A stretch of DNA of 64,000 bases from Eledone cirrhosa (lineage: Eukaryota): contig OZ024750.1 of assembly GCA_964016885.1 (NCBI GenBank), forward strand, positions 47,368,001-47,432,000, given 5' to 3'. The first letter of the stretch is position 1, and every line of letters starts with the position of its first letter. The notes beneath the pieces were generated by a model that saw only the letters and a program-made list of their open reading frames with translations, made no database searches and had not been told where the DNA came from. A program made the translations under genes and the position numbers. This document shows positions 49,447 through 63,523 of this stretch, piece after piece.

Positions 49447-50129
49447 TATGTATACGTACATACATATTTGTATACAGACGTACAGTAGTATGTATATATA
49501 TATATACATACATGCACACATATATATATGTACGTATGGATTCACCGAACATGTATCATGATGCTCAGTGTATTTGTAAACAAACATCCCGTATTAAGCC
49601 GTAGTGTCTAGCAACCATCGCTGCTAATTTGTTCAACACTGTCAAAGGAACGCTGTACTAGTTTCAAGCTTATTAGCTATCGTCAGCAACGTATACGTTC
49701 TTGCCAGATGGTTGAACATCTGAAAGTATATACTTTCCTTATGCATATTAACAGCTGAGCAGCCTAATTTGCATATCGAGTGAGTTAATCGGCCGGGGTA
49801 CCGAAAACGATAAACGGAAAAAATGAAACGAAATTTCTTTTCTCACTCTTAGTACGGCTGTTACTTAAATATAAGTATGTATACGTACATACATATATGT
49901 GTACAGACGTACAGTAGTATGTTATATACATATATACATACATGCACACATATATATATGTACGTATGTATTCACCGAACATTTATTATAATGCTCAGTG
50001 TGTTTGTAAACAAACATCCCGAATTAAGCCGTACAGTGTCTAGCAAACATCATTGCTCATTTGTTCAACACTAACAAAGGAATGCTGTACTTATATCTAA
50101 GCAATAGCCGTACTAAGAGTGAGAAATGA
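49442..50129 (-). repeat. ~1.5 monomers of a ~432-bp HHR repeat plus short inverted arm (second retrozyme-like family)
   Basis: Direct repeat 49442-49655 vs 49871-50087. 50088-50126 is the reverse complement of ~49839-49877. Flanked by (TA)n. Patchy homology to the 467-bp monomer. Confidence 0.8.
49650..49692 (-). ncRNA. Minimal type I hammerhead ribozyme
   Basis: Minus strand: acgttg-CTGACGA-tagct(aata)agctt-GAA-ACTAGT-A-cagcgt. Predicted GUA cleavage between 49656 and 49655. Confidence 0.85.
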
Positions 50130-50730
50130 TATATGTATGTGTGTGTGTCCGTGGTTCTTTCGTCGATAACCAGATTTAATTGACTATTTCTAAAGAACCG
50201 GATAACGAAACCGTTTCACTTGATCATTATTAAAACGATAATATGACCGACACAGAATGAAAAACAATAAATATATCAGATTAATAATCTTGACTGTGGT
50301 AAGTTAGATGGAGGGAGTCCGTATATATTTCTCCCGAGAAATATAAAACATTCAATTATTGGGTCCCCCTTATTATTCTATGTTCCGAAACCATTGATTC
50401 TACCCCCGTTGAGAAAATAAGAGTCAAACCTATGTCCCTCGAGTAATTCACTTCTGCAAATTAAATTACTGACTTGCAGTCATTGATTTCTTGAGTGCAA
50501 CAAACATATTTCTAACTGATCATACGTCATATGAGTCCATCTATGCCTATTTTCATGGACTACAATTATTATGAATCTTCTTATTTAGCTTTCATTTCCA
50601 TTTAGGTGGTATAGGTGAAAGCTGAACAGCTAAGCCATGTCATTTGCATACATGTCGTCTCGACCCTGGCTAGATTAAGCAGCTAAAGTTTGGTCAAAGA
50701 AAATTCTACTGCTGTAAATTAGGTAACGAT

Positions 50731-51143
50731 ATAATATAAGATCAAAAGATGGTTAAAGGAGTTCCATGTATTTTATTATGCGCATTTCAAAAACAAACAT
50801 CATCATGCAATAATATTTGTGTTTTCATCAGATAAAACAGGAGAACATGATATGAAGGCTAAAAAACACTTGTGGATAGTGCAGTTTTAAATCAACATAT
50901 AATCAACTGCACTATCCACAAGTGTTTTTTAGCCTTCATATCATGTTCTCCTGTTTTATCTGATGAAAACACAAATATTATTGCATGATGATGTTTGTTT
51001 TTGAAATGCGCATAATAAAATACATGGAACTCCTTTAACCATCTTTTGATCTTATATTATGTATACTCCAGTACTGCAAACTGTAGAGTGCTTCTTATCC
51101 GATATCTGCATTGCTTTATTGTACTACAATAAAACTCACCTCC

Positions 51144-51147
<4 letters not shown>
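50731..51147. mobile_element. Family A fold-back element with HHRs at 50771-50837 (-) and 50954-51020 (+)
   Basis: 50731-50885 is the reverse complement of ~50905-51060. Long arm ends ...aactcacctcctac(AT)n, as at 10708. Confidence 0.85.
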
Positions 51148-51221
<74 letters not shown>

Positions 51222-51230
51222 CTAAATAAC

Positions 51231-51300
<70 letters not shown>

Positions 51301-51581
51301 TAAATAACATATATGTATATATATATATATATATAACCTACATACAGTAGGTATAGACGGAATAAAGTAAAACATGGAAGAGGTGACAACAAACGTTATC
51401 GTATCATCTGACCTATTTACAACTAAGTGTTTTTTTAGTGTATGGGCTTTAAATATTCGCTACAATCTCCACACCTCGTAGAGGTTGCTACGTTCATTTC
51501 TTTATCTCTACAAGTGCATCGATCTCTAAGTAAATATACATATATACATATATACACATAAATATATACACATAAATATAT

Positions 51582-51639
<58 letters not shown>

Positions 51640-51641
<2 letters not shown>

Positions 51642-51850
51642 CGAAGGTAATGTGGTAAGGAACCAGATAGACCATAACGCACTATAGTACTCAATACTTA
51701 GGGTAGTAGCGTGGGTAATAGGAACGAGTACGATTACGACGGCTGAGCTCAAGACGTTTCGACGGCTAATTCTTGACTAAATGAGACGAATTAGTCTAGA
51801 ATTAGCCGTCGAAACGGCTTGAGCTCAGCTGTTGGGGTCCTACTCGTTTA
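51640..51850. mobile_element. Fold-back element family F in (TA)n
   Basis: Inverted arms around ~51780; homologous to 52836-53033 and 63298-63462. Confidence 0.75.
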
Positions 51851-51856
51851 TATATA

Positions 51857-51897
<41 letters not shown>

Positions 51898-52773
51898 GTG
51901 TGAATGTATTTTCTGCTCCTGTACGTGTTGGAATATTTTAAACGTCGATTTGACACCCTCCGAATTTAAGTTTCTCTTTCTACTTTTTAATTTATTTTTA
52001 CAAGATCATCATCATCGTATTCATATACATATTTACGGCAAGTTAGATTGTGCATTCTAATCCTACATTCTGACTTTGTAAGTTCTATTTCTCTTGTACC
52101 GATAATTATATCATTGAAGCAATGGCGTCTACAGACCTTTTTATCACATCTCCAATTATCATAATATAATTGTTATTTCAAGAAATGGAGAGAGGTTCTT
52201 TAAGCATTGAATTCTAATGCCTTCAAGGTTAAATTTCATCTTTACGGGGTTAAATAAATTAATGTACAAGTAGCACAATGGCGTGGATTTTCCCTGTCCC
52301 AAATTGTTGATCTTGTATTTAATTAAGAAATCATTAAGAAGAGAGAAAATGGAGATTTTAAAAATAGTGAAGTTAAAGAAACTTTCAAGAAAGAAGAAAT
52401 ATAGATGAAGGATATTGTAAAATGATGAAAGGGTGCAGGACCGTGGGAGGAAATGGGGAAAGGGAAAAGGACGGGGAAGGTGATGATGAAAATGTGTATT
52501 GGTAAAGGTGAGGGAGGGGCAACTGGAGAAGAGGGAAGTTTGAGGGGAGAGATGCTAAAGGATTGTCTCTAGAGCTACGAATGTTAGTGTCGACACCTTA
52601 GCTCTCTTTGTTGATGGCTAAATAGATAGCCATGCATCAACAGCATACACTGTTAATAGGCAGTTCTTGGTTAAAGAGCGTAGTATGTAGATGTATGTGT
52701 GAATGCATGCCTATAAGTATATCTTGTGTTGAAATCACCGATTTTCGTAAATATTCTCTCTCTCTCTCTCTCC

Positions 52774-52835
<62 letters not shown>

Positions 52836-52837
<2 letters not shown>

Positions 52838-53030
52838 CGAAGGAAATGTGGTAAGGAACCAGGTGGACCTTAACGCACCAAAGTACTCAATACTTGAGGT
52901 AGGAGAGTGGGTAATAGGAACCAGTAAGACCCCGACAGCTGAGCTCAAGCCGTTTCGACGGCTAATTCTAATAGAGTCCAGAATTAGCCGTCGAAACGGC
53001 TTGAGCTGAGCTGTCGGGGTCTTACTGGTT

Positions 53031-53033
<3 letters not shown>
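52836..53033. mobile_element. Fold-back element family F in (TA)n
   Basis: ~55-bp near-perfect inverted repeat (52914-52968 vs 52980-53034). Confidence 0.8.
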
Positions 53034-53109
<76 letters not shown>

Positions 53110-53112
<3 letters not shown>

Positions 53113-53362
53113 AGAAAAAAAGAGAGTCAGTGTTGCGACGAATGGAATTTTTGGACATATTACAAATTTGTAGATTAAAATCCAATGAGGGTTCGATAAG
53201 GATAAATATATATAAAATATATAAGAATCTTAGACCAAATATTTATTAAAATAACAGATTAAAGCTTAAGCAAAGAATCGCTGCTTTCACCCTTAACGGG
53301 ATCTTCAGAATATCCCGTTAAGGGCGAAAGCAGCGATTCTTTGCTTAAACTGTAATCTCTTA

Positions 53363-53370
<8 letters not shown>
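53110..53370. mobile_element. Family D rearranged fold-back element
   Basis: Hairpin centred ~53308 (53245-53303 vs 53313-53370). Minus arm reads CTGAAGA-tccc(gttaa)gggt-GAAA. Confidence 0.7.
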
Positions 53371-53430
<60 letters not shown>

Positions 53431-55257
53431 TAGTATATTACATGTGATCTATATAAATACACATTTTTGCTTATGCACAAGCTGCTATGTAATTTTGTAT
53501 TATTGGAAACATGAATACAGAAAAAAAACTGTATCATAACTAATATGAATATATAAAATAATGAATTATAATGTAATCTGCGTAGGATATAATATGTGAA
53601 TGATGAATTATAAAGCTGTATTTAGAAGACATACTTGCACATTATAGAGTAACATCATATATTTAATAAACATGTAAATTAAATAAACCTAAGAATAAGT
53701 CTGTTTGAATGCAATTAATAACGTTTCACTGATAACCGGAAAATGAAGGAATTCTGCAAAACACAAACAGAAGCCTGAGAAATGTTTTATAGAAATGAAT
53801 GTTCTTTCCGAAAATACTGACATGTATATTGTTGATACAACCACACGTATTTTCTCATATGTTTACTGTATGAAACCATCATTACTATTCTAATGATTGC
53901 TACAACTGTAGCACACCGTTATATTGAATTGTAAAATGTCTTGCCATATTTCTCTCGGCTTTCTGCACTGTGAGTTTCGAGTATTGTTGAGATTCCTCCC
54001 ATTTGAATGAACGATATTCAGTTTTAGAGACGTGTCGGAACGTCCAGGTTCAACATACTCGAGAAAATAATCATATCAGAAGAGTGCCCAGACGATCATA
54101 TACCGAGCTATCTACAGATTAACCTTTATCATCCTGACAATCTCAAAACCTTATTTCCATTTCAATATTTATTACAGTAAAAGTATTTTAAATATCTCCA
54201 TTCTTTAAAAATATGTGCATCAATTTAGCAGTGTGCCAGAAAGTGTAATTTAGGATATTCTGCATTTCTACAGGCCCGCTGTGTTCCGAGTTCGAATAAT
54301 TCTGCGATGACAAATACCGTTCCCAAATATGTAAGTCAAGCCCAATGGGCGTAGAGTGCTGGCCTTGTTAAAGTGTCAGAAAGCATGGATGGCAGTATAT
54401 GTTTCTGTTTTGTATAATCTGAGTAGAAATTCAGCCTTTCTTCACTAGATGTGACGTTTAAGGCAAGAATTGCGACCGATTGATGGTATCATACTGACGA
54501 TAACAACAATCCAATCAGCCTGGTGGCTTCTTACCTCTTTCTTCCTTAAAGCTCATTGTCACCCCTGAGTTCTTTTGTTTGTAGGTGGCATACTACGTAA
54601 GTAGTATTCCTTAACACTGCAGGAAATCAGATGTACTTAAATACATGTTAACATTGGGAAATGACGCATAGTGTCTAGATTTTCTTGATTATTGAAAATT
54701 GCACTGATAGTAAATATAATTTAGCTCAATAATTGATTCTAACGAGAAACGTCAGGATTATTAGTTGATCATTGTCTCAACCGATTCAATTTGAATTTAT
54801 TTCAACTTCTGGATAATCATCTTACACTTATCCAACATTGTCCCATTTGTTCTCCTAATTATGATTGTAATTTGAAGTAGTTTTCTTAGTATATTAACTA
54901 ATTTTAACTTGATGCTTTTCATTGTTTTTTTTAGCCTTCGCAATCATGGCAGTGCTGGAGCACCATTGTACTGTTTATTCCTTCAGAATAAATTGAAAAC
55001 ACTACTATAATGACACAGGTTCCTGATGGTACAGACACAGTTTTCAACGTTTTAGAAGTGTCATATATATTTATGAAGCACTCACTTCGTAAATAATTGA
55101 AGAATATATTGAGCAATCTATTTTGAATTAGACGTTGAAGAATATTTAAAATCTCCATGACAGCAATGGAGTTCGTATGCTTCAACACTACCACAACACC
55201 AAACACCTTCGCGTCATTATCTTCATTACCTTCATTTTTACCTGTAACTTATAAATA

Positions 55258-55437
55258 TAATTGTTTCTACTTTTGGCACAAGGCCAGCAATTATCCCAGT
55301 GCATTACTGGTACTTTATTTAATCGACCCCTTAAGGATGAAAGGCAACATTAACCTTGGCGAGATGTGAACTCAGATCGTAAAGGGACGTAACTATGCTG
55401 GAAAGCATGTCCAACCCTCTACCAATTCTCCCAATCC
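55258..55437 (-). mobile_element. SINE family S
   Basis: Consensus match. Confidence 0.85.
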
Positions 55438-57999
55438 AATGATTGTCTTACAGAACATTTTGAAAATGGAAAATAAGGAATGCTTACATTTGGTACAAGT
55501 TCTGACATTTCGTGGGGAAATTACAGTCGTTTATTTTAATGTTCATATTTGCCGAGAATTTATTGTATTGAGTACAGAGAGGATGGGATACTATATTAGG
55601 AAAAAATAAATCCCAACTATATATTTGATATCGATTACTGTTACCAATACAATTAGTCTCTGGCTTGGCAAACAATAAAATTATTCATTAATTTTCTTTG
55701 TAACATGTTACATTTTTCTCAAAATATAGATGGAAGTATAACATTAGAATATTAGTGATACTTAATTTTGCTTTAATTTCTTGGTTGAGGCTGGGGCAAT
55801 ATTGTATTCAAGTTATCATATCTACAAGCTGTGTCAAACCTTTAATTAAAGTCTAACATTGGCACATACAAAAACTAACATACAGCTGAACATGTTTAAC
55901 ATGTGAATTTAAAATATTCACAGTAACTAAGAGAGAGAGGTCTTTATTTCTTTGTTCCATTTATTGATTAAAAACATCTTCTAGGAAAATAAAACATTAT
56001 GGTGACACATCGGCTCAGAAAAATACATAAATCTGATGTTTTGTTATTTTGCCCACAAACATAACACGTACTTTTTTTTAAAAAAGAAGCAACTGTCATA
56101 TACGAATATGCAAAAAATCTTTGTTATGTTAAAATATTAAATCTATGTGGCACCAACTAGGAAGAAATTTAAACATACACTTTGATATTCCTGAACAGAA
56201 ACACATTAATATATAGATATTACGCGTATAACCATACATACAGATTTCGAATATACATATAAAGAGAATGTGTGTGTGTATACATCATTTTATATGCATC
56301 TACTCTCGAACTATAGTCGATCAAATCAGGTCTCTAGAGAATAGCACTGTCTAAATCTAGTTCTATCGAGAATATGTTTTTCTGCTTTGAGCAAAGAAAT
56401 TCTTGTACACCATGTAGACTTTAGAGTAAAAATAAGAAAAGCAAAACCACGACTTTTGCATATGAATTTACAAAGTGAATATTAATGCTGTTGCTATAAC
56501 AAGCAGAAATGCATTACATTATCGCCGGCAATACAAAGTTTTGAATGAATATTTTTGGAAAGAACGAAAGGGAAGAAATAAATATAAAATAAACATAATA
56601 ATATAAACTAAATAAAATATAATAAAGAATAATACATAAATAAAATACGATAAATAATACAGTAAAATATAATAAAATAACATTGAACGATTGGGAGAAG
56701 GTTAGTTATTCGAAATCAGAAACAACAAAAATTGAACGAAAATAAAATATAATTTATATGTTAGTTTTTTTTTTTTTTTTCGTTTTAGTTTTGTTTTTTT
56801 ATATCTTCATATGACCGAAAGAAAAACCCTTATTTAATAGTTCAGTTAAAACCAGTTGCAAATCGATAAGATATTAACATTCAACATAGAAAATTGTAAA
56901 TGTTTACAAAAATGTTTTGTATAAATGGTGTTTCACTTTTTCTGAGGTGAAGTAGATGGTGGAAGGGTTCAATGTTATATCTTAATATAGAGCACGAATG
57001 TCCAGATATTCCGTGTCCTCTGGTTTGGTTTTATACTGATTGTTCGTTGTTTAATGGCGTAGACCCAAGTTAGTATTTTGTTCACATGAGTACAATTCAT
57101 AAAGTATCCTAATCATAGGAAGTGCCTATAAATCTACATTATCAAATACGTCGATATATTTCAGTAAAAGTAAAGACTGTATTTTTAAGGGTGATTTCAC
57201 CGTTATTTCTTACTGAGATCTCAAAAAGGAATGAATTGCATCTCTGGCATGAGCTTAGCATGCTTGTTCATGCATTCTTAGAAACACTTGGCTTGTTTTG
57301 AAGTCCCATGTTTATCAAAAAAGGGCACAGCCACATTCTCGAAACACTGGTTTCATGACGTTGTGCACTGGAAAGCACAACAGCTGTAGAGGTTCCATCT
57401 AAAGTAAGGCGTATTCATATAGTATTGATTTACAAAATACAAATTAGCAGTTACTCCAGGAAACGTTAGTATATATTTATGAAATAAATACCTAAATGAA
57501 ATAAGTTGAAGTAATGATTAAATATATTGTGTATAAAACCAAAATAATTTATTAGGGAAACAATTCATTCATTATGTGAAAGAATATATTTATATTTTGT
57601 AGTTTACTATAGGGTGGTTTATTGGTAGAAATTATAGCTCGTCGGAAGCAATTCTTTGTGACAATTAGATACGAATTACTACGTCTATCCATGGTTAATA
57701 AAATGTAATACTACTTAAGTATTGTAGTCGGTATAATTTCTAGACTTATATCAATGTTTAAAAAAAAATGTAATAGTTAATAATGTGCGTTTATGTTAGC
57801 GTTTGTATTAAACATAGAAACATTCGTATTTTAGTACATTTTGATATTACGTTAATGGAAGAAATAGTATATAAGACAGCCAATATTGTAATGGAGTTAT
57901 AAGCCATTTTCTATATATATTTCCTAAATATAACTTTCGAATAAATATTGAGTAAAGATAAATTCCTCACATTTAGTTTCATACAGTTATAATCTAGCG

Positions 58000-58276
58000 C
58001 AGACGTGGGTTACATTTCTGGAGAAGCTGGCCGCAAGCGCTAATTTACATTCTTGCCGACATTAAAAAGAGGTCGGTAACTCAGGTCGTTTTGATTTGAT
58101 TATTCAGATTTCGTACACGTTGTTTTCCGCGATCGTAAAAATTATAGAAAGATAAATTACGACTGAAAATTTGGGGTAAAAAAATCAGAAAGATTTCACT
58201 TAGGTGAACTTGGCGAGCCATTCAGAAATCTTCACCGGCCACATGGGGCCCATGGGTCGCATGTCACCCGTAACTG
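58000..58276. mobile_element. Possible old hAT/Charlie-type MITE
   Basis: CAG...CTG termini and subterminal ggccacatggggcccatgggtcgcatg motif; TIR and TSD degraded. Confidence 0.35.
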
Positions 58277-61200
58277 AACCCGCGAAATTATTTAGGCCTA
58301 ATCACCTTCATAATTGCCTCCCGGTTGTCTACTCTTTGTTGGGTATGAAAGAGTTATTTGTATACTCATAAAAAGGAAAACAAACTCACTTCACAAATAA
58401 TTTAAATGTTTATTAATAATACAGGGTAAAATGAAGGATGGATATTTATTTATAATGAATGAAGCCAACAGAATGTTTGTGCGATACAGTATATAAAGTA
58501 GGCAAGCGACTGCGCATAATATACTTATTTGTAATATATGCAAATATGAAGACATGCAAGATATACGGATTTTCCTGTAAATTTAAAAATGATAAACATG
58601 TTCGGATCAAATGGCTCTTTATCAGAACGTGTGTATATAACATAAACCACCAGACGGAACACGTATTTAATGGGTTATACACCCATTTCACTTTCAGAAG
58701 TATTTTGAAATAGTCTTACTAATTTGCATATAATATTTATTTATTTATATCACATATATGAACAATTAATTCGAGGACATATGTGTCCCTTGATAATTAC
58801 TTCTATACTATCGCCCTAATGACGAAACATCGTCACATCTTCTGTGAATAACCTGTGCTTGATAACCCAGCAACTTCATTATCATGCTTAAAAGTGATTC
58901 AGCATTTAACACCGTATCGGATATACGAACAGTTGTGAGATATATATATATATATGGCATGATAGTAATTCCTTAGTACGATCAAAGGATCTGTTGTTAT
59001 ATACATGTGTGTTCATGTGAATATGTAGTCTAAAATCTAATGATAATCAAGTACATATCGCAAGCAGAAACATCTAATTCAAATAACACTACTTCGTACA
59101 CTTCATCATTCTACGTGAATCTAGTTTGCTGCTTAGTATACTTCAATAGAGTACGTTTATTGGAAATTTGGTCGGGGGGAAAAAATAAACAAGTTAAGAA
59201 AAATAAAGAGAAGTTCACGTGATAATCTTTGATTGATTGTGAAACTTTAAAATGATATTTCATGTCACGTTTTCTCTGTCTTGAATTTTGACATTTAACC
59301 AAACAAAGGAGAATGCTACAATGTATAATAGGTGATTTGGATGCAAAATGTTAAGAAACTTGCGAAACCTTGACTATTTAAACTCATGTGTAGGTGTAGA
59401 AACGAGGAACGTTTTTGTAGATAAATTGTTGCAAACTTAAGAAACCAATACAAAAGGTGCGGGCGCACGTGTGTGTATGTGTGTGTGTGAGAGAGTGTGT
59501 TACTGTAAATAACATGTAAAACAAATCTCTGAAATATATGTAGATGAAATATACACAACATAAAAATGGCTGAAATGTGACCGATCTTACCCACGAGCAA
59601 TTTCAGTTTTATTTAGGAAGGCTGCACACTTACCTGAAAAATATGAACGTAGAAAATAGTGTCATATGAGAATGTCAAACTTAATATGAGTGCATTGAAT
59701 GGAGTTAAACATTAACAAATATATACATGCATGAAACTATAATACTGTATCGTGGAAGTAGAGTAAATATAACAGTGAAACTTAAATAGAGGTCGATAAT
59801 AAAAGTAACATATTGCAATAAGTATTTGTGTAGAAATTATGAAATAAAAACAATTTTGAATTCGGTAAAACAGCATGGAGCCAATTCAAAGAGTGAGAAG
59901 ATTAAAACAATATGCAATTATTAAAATGTTAATATAAAAAATACATGCTTTATTCAGATATGTTATTTCGGAAAACATGCCTGCTATAGTTTGATGGAAA
60001 AAAACCGAAATATCTTGGGAGTCAGATAAGCATGATGCAAGATGTGGTAGTGTATATTAGGAAGTATTTGCCAACGAAAAGTAAAGATAAGAGTATAGTT
60101 ATTTGTTACGTATTGTGGGTAATATAATGACATTCATATAAACATCAAAAGGAGAAATAGAAAAGGAAACGATTTTTATTTCCCACCTAGGAGGAACATT
60201 TACACAAGAGAAACTACTAAGATAACGGACAGTTTATAAACACAAAAACAATATGGTTTCATATAAAAATGTAATCTACATTAAGTTGCATGTCTATTTC
60301 CCAAATGACAAACAATGTTCCTAATCATAAATTGTGGTTGATGTTAAACTTTCCATTGTACTCAACCGAGGACACCTGTCATAGTTATCTTACCAATGGA
60401 ACATGCTGTTCATGCAATAACCGTATAAGGTGGTGGAATATTCTAAAGACACGCGTAATCGTAATGTATTTCTGAGGGAGTTTTAACCTAAACAGTATGT
60501 CTGAAGACTAGGTTTTCAATTACAGCTACAACATATTTGAGTCAACCTGAGAGGATTGGCGCTTGGAGAAATAAAGTGTCGTGCTGAAATACATTCTCAT
60601 TGAAATAGAATTACGATCATGAGTTAAATAAGTCAGAATCTGATTTTGTTAAATCTTATATTCGATGTATTGGAGCTATTGAATAATCCGGTCGATCAAC
60701 ACATACTATATTTTCCATACACAGCATATTCAGAAGTATTTTAACATTTAATAGGATAGGTTAAGTGGCTCTTTCAGTTTCTTAGTATGTGGTGTAATAG
60801 CTGTTCTATCTATAATTAGTGGCATGTCAGTCGCGATTGAAAAATACAGCATGAAACGCTTTCAAACTATGGCTCGCCGTCACGATTAAAGAAAGTGGAT
60901 GCTGATGATTATAGCGCGATGGAACATCCTTCACAGACCAATGACGTACTTAAAAAGCTCTTTGTCTGATACGCTATTTGGATGTGCCCTCCGTACTGTT
61001 GTGAATTAATAGAGTAATTAGAACAAACGGATATAATGCATTGCAGTAGTTAACTCTGCGCTGTGATCTGAACACAAAGCAATATTAATTCCCTTTTGGG
61101 TTTCGCCATTTTATCGTTTATTTGTTAAATATCATTCCTGTAATGAGACCAATTAATTCTCTCTCTCAAAAATATATATCCTCTGCTGAAACCGTTTACG

Positions 61201-62214
61201 CATTTTTCACATTGCAAAATTATTATAGAATAATGTATTTATTATTATTTAATGTGTTACGTTCGTTAAATATGATTCCATATCAACAATGTAAATATTC
61301 TGAATAGATATATGAAATTACTTTAAAATTATAGATCTTTTCGTTTCGAATGAAAAATCAATTGTAAATATGAAAAGAAGGGTAATAAAAACAACAGAAT
61401 TGTCTTTGTTAAGTGCCTAAAAAAGGCATTAATTTCAAGGGCACTAAACCTCGAAATGAATTATAGTCTGTGATTTACCTGAAATATTTGAAATGCAAAA
61501 CAATGCAAATATTTTACTGGAATTTCATAATGAAAAACACTTTTAATTGAAACTTAGATATTATTGATAAATGTAAATCAGGTAGGGAAATATTACGGAC
61601 ACGGTTGATGAAGCATATCGACTACAAAGGTCGATTTATTATGCCGGTCGTTACAGCGGTGTGTAGCTATTGAGGAAGATGAAGTTAAAATTGGTAGAGA
61701 TGAGGGCGTATCTTATAATGATAGTGATAGAGACAAAGATAGAAGTGAATTACCAAACATTCCTCAAAATGGAAAAGACAGCGTTCCTACCTTTATAAAA
61801 TGAGGGGAGGATGTTTTTCCTTTTTTTAAATTGACCAAAATAACTCTTATATTATTCATATATAAATACATTTTATAATTATGTTTTATATTGACATAAT
61901 GCCAGTAATTTCTGAGAGGGATGATGTGTAAGCATCGTGTAAATCAAGCCAGAACTTTGCTGTTAATTTATATCGTCGTCCATGGGAAGAATGAAAAGGA
62001 AGTTTGGCCACTGCGGGCTTTTAACTGGAATTTAACGTCAGGTGTACTATCCTTTGTAAGGTAATAAGTTTGAAAGAAATTGTGAAAATTAAGTTCAATA
62101 TCCCACTGGTATTTTACCTTCTTTAATATATGTAATTTTCATCTTCTGTCTTAAGTTCTACGTTCATCCATGTCCTTATGTGGATCTCCAACGTCAACAA
62201 TTCATTCATATATA

Positions 62215-63200
62215 TATCAGGTAAAGTTCCCGAGATCCATGGACGAGTTCGCTCAGGCGGTCTCTGTCCCTCACCATCGCTGCCATGTCCTGCGTCTCCA
62301 AAAGCGCTGTGTCTGTCCTAGAGCATCAACTTAGGTCAACTTCGATCTCCATCTTCTAGTGTGTCCGTGTAGGGGCTCCCACAGGAGCACTGACGGTACG
62401 GGGTCTCACTGACGTCATTTGTGGCAAAGACTCTGAACAGGAAGATACTTAACAGGATCCAGCTCGACATGGGGAAGAGTTCAGGGACTCCCATAATGGC
62501 TACAAAGAGAGAAGATCAACCACCAGTCACATGCTGATGCCTAGGAGGATATAAGAGGGAGCTAGAGCAAAATGCCTCACTGTTGTCATGGTTTTCATTG
62601 ACTTAAGGAAGCCTTTTGATTTTGTGGACCGTCACTACCTGAAGAAGATCTTACACGCTTATGGAATTTCCAAAACGATAGTGGACCTGAGATCACTGCT
62701 CTACACCAACACCAAAGCCCAAGTGATTACACCTGATGGGATGACAGAGTTCTTTGAGAAATTAGCTGGAGTCCTTCAGGGAGATACATAGGCTCCATAA
62801 TTTTTATCATCGCAGTGGAATATTGTATGCGCCTTCCGCTGGAGAAACACCAGGACATTGACTTTACAGAGCAGGAGAATAAAAGTGAAAAGGACATCAG
62901 ATGCTGAATTGGCTGACGACAGAGATCTGGAGACAAACACAGTGAAGGTGGCAGAGGAATTGATGAAAGAGGTGGAGGCTGTATCGATGAACGTGACGCT
63001 GTGGGGCTGATAATGAATGAGATTAAGACGAAGTATCTGGTAGAGAATATTAATAAGCGAGAGAAGATTGTGAAGGTAGGAGAGAAGCCGCTAGAATTGG
63101 TTGGGGACTTCCTGTATCTGCGAACAAAGATTGGGAACTCAGAGGATGATGTGATTCAGAGAAAGAGCAAGACTTGGACGGTGTGCCACAGTTTGGAATA
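62215..63200. mobile_element. RTE/RTE-X-type LINE with 5' inversion
   Basis: Plus 62417-63200: VFIDLRKPFDFVDR..ILHAYGI..GVLQGDT*AP (RT). Minus 62415-62217: LLWEPLHGHTRR...DTALLETQDMAAMVRDR (RTE C-terminus). Confidence 0.8.
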
Positions 63201-63230
63201 TCGAAATGGGATTCTCGGTAAATTTATATT

Positions 63231-63297
<67 letters not shown>

Positions 63298-63300
<3 letters not shown>

Positions 63301-63456
63301 AACGAGTAGGACCCCGACGGCTGAGCTCAAGCCTTTTCGATGGCTAATTCTGGACTCAGCCGTCAGGGCCCCACTCTTTCCTATTACCCACTCTACTACC
63401 CTAAGTATTCAGTACTTTGGTGCGTTATGGTCGATCTGGTTCCGTACCACATTTCC

Positions 63457-63462
<6 letters not shown>
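63298..63462. mobile_element. Family F element (short inverted arm plus 3' tail) in (TA)n
   Basis: Homologous to 52836-53033. Confidence 0.75.

Positions 63463-63520
<58 letters not shown>

Positions 63521-63523
<3 letters not shown>

Noticed and set aside
54536-55240. Exon-like segment (cag...gtaag on minus) and 91-aa ORF
   Set aside because: No coherent gene model or recognisable domain
60897-60929. ggatg-CTGATGA...catcc as an HHR
   Set aside because: No GAAA and no stem III or NUH
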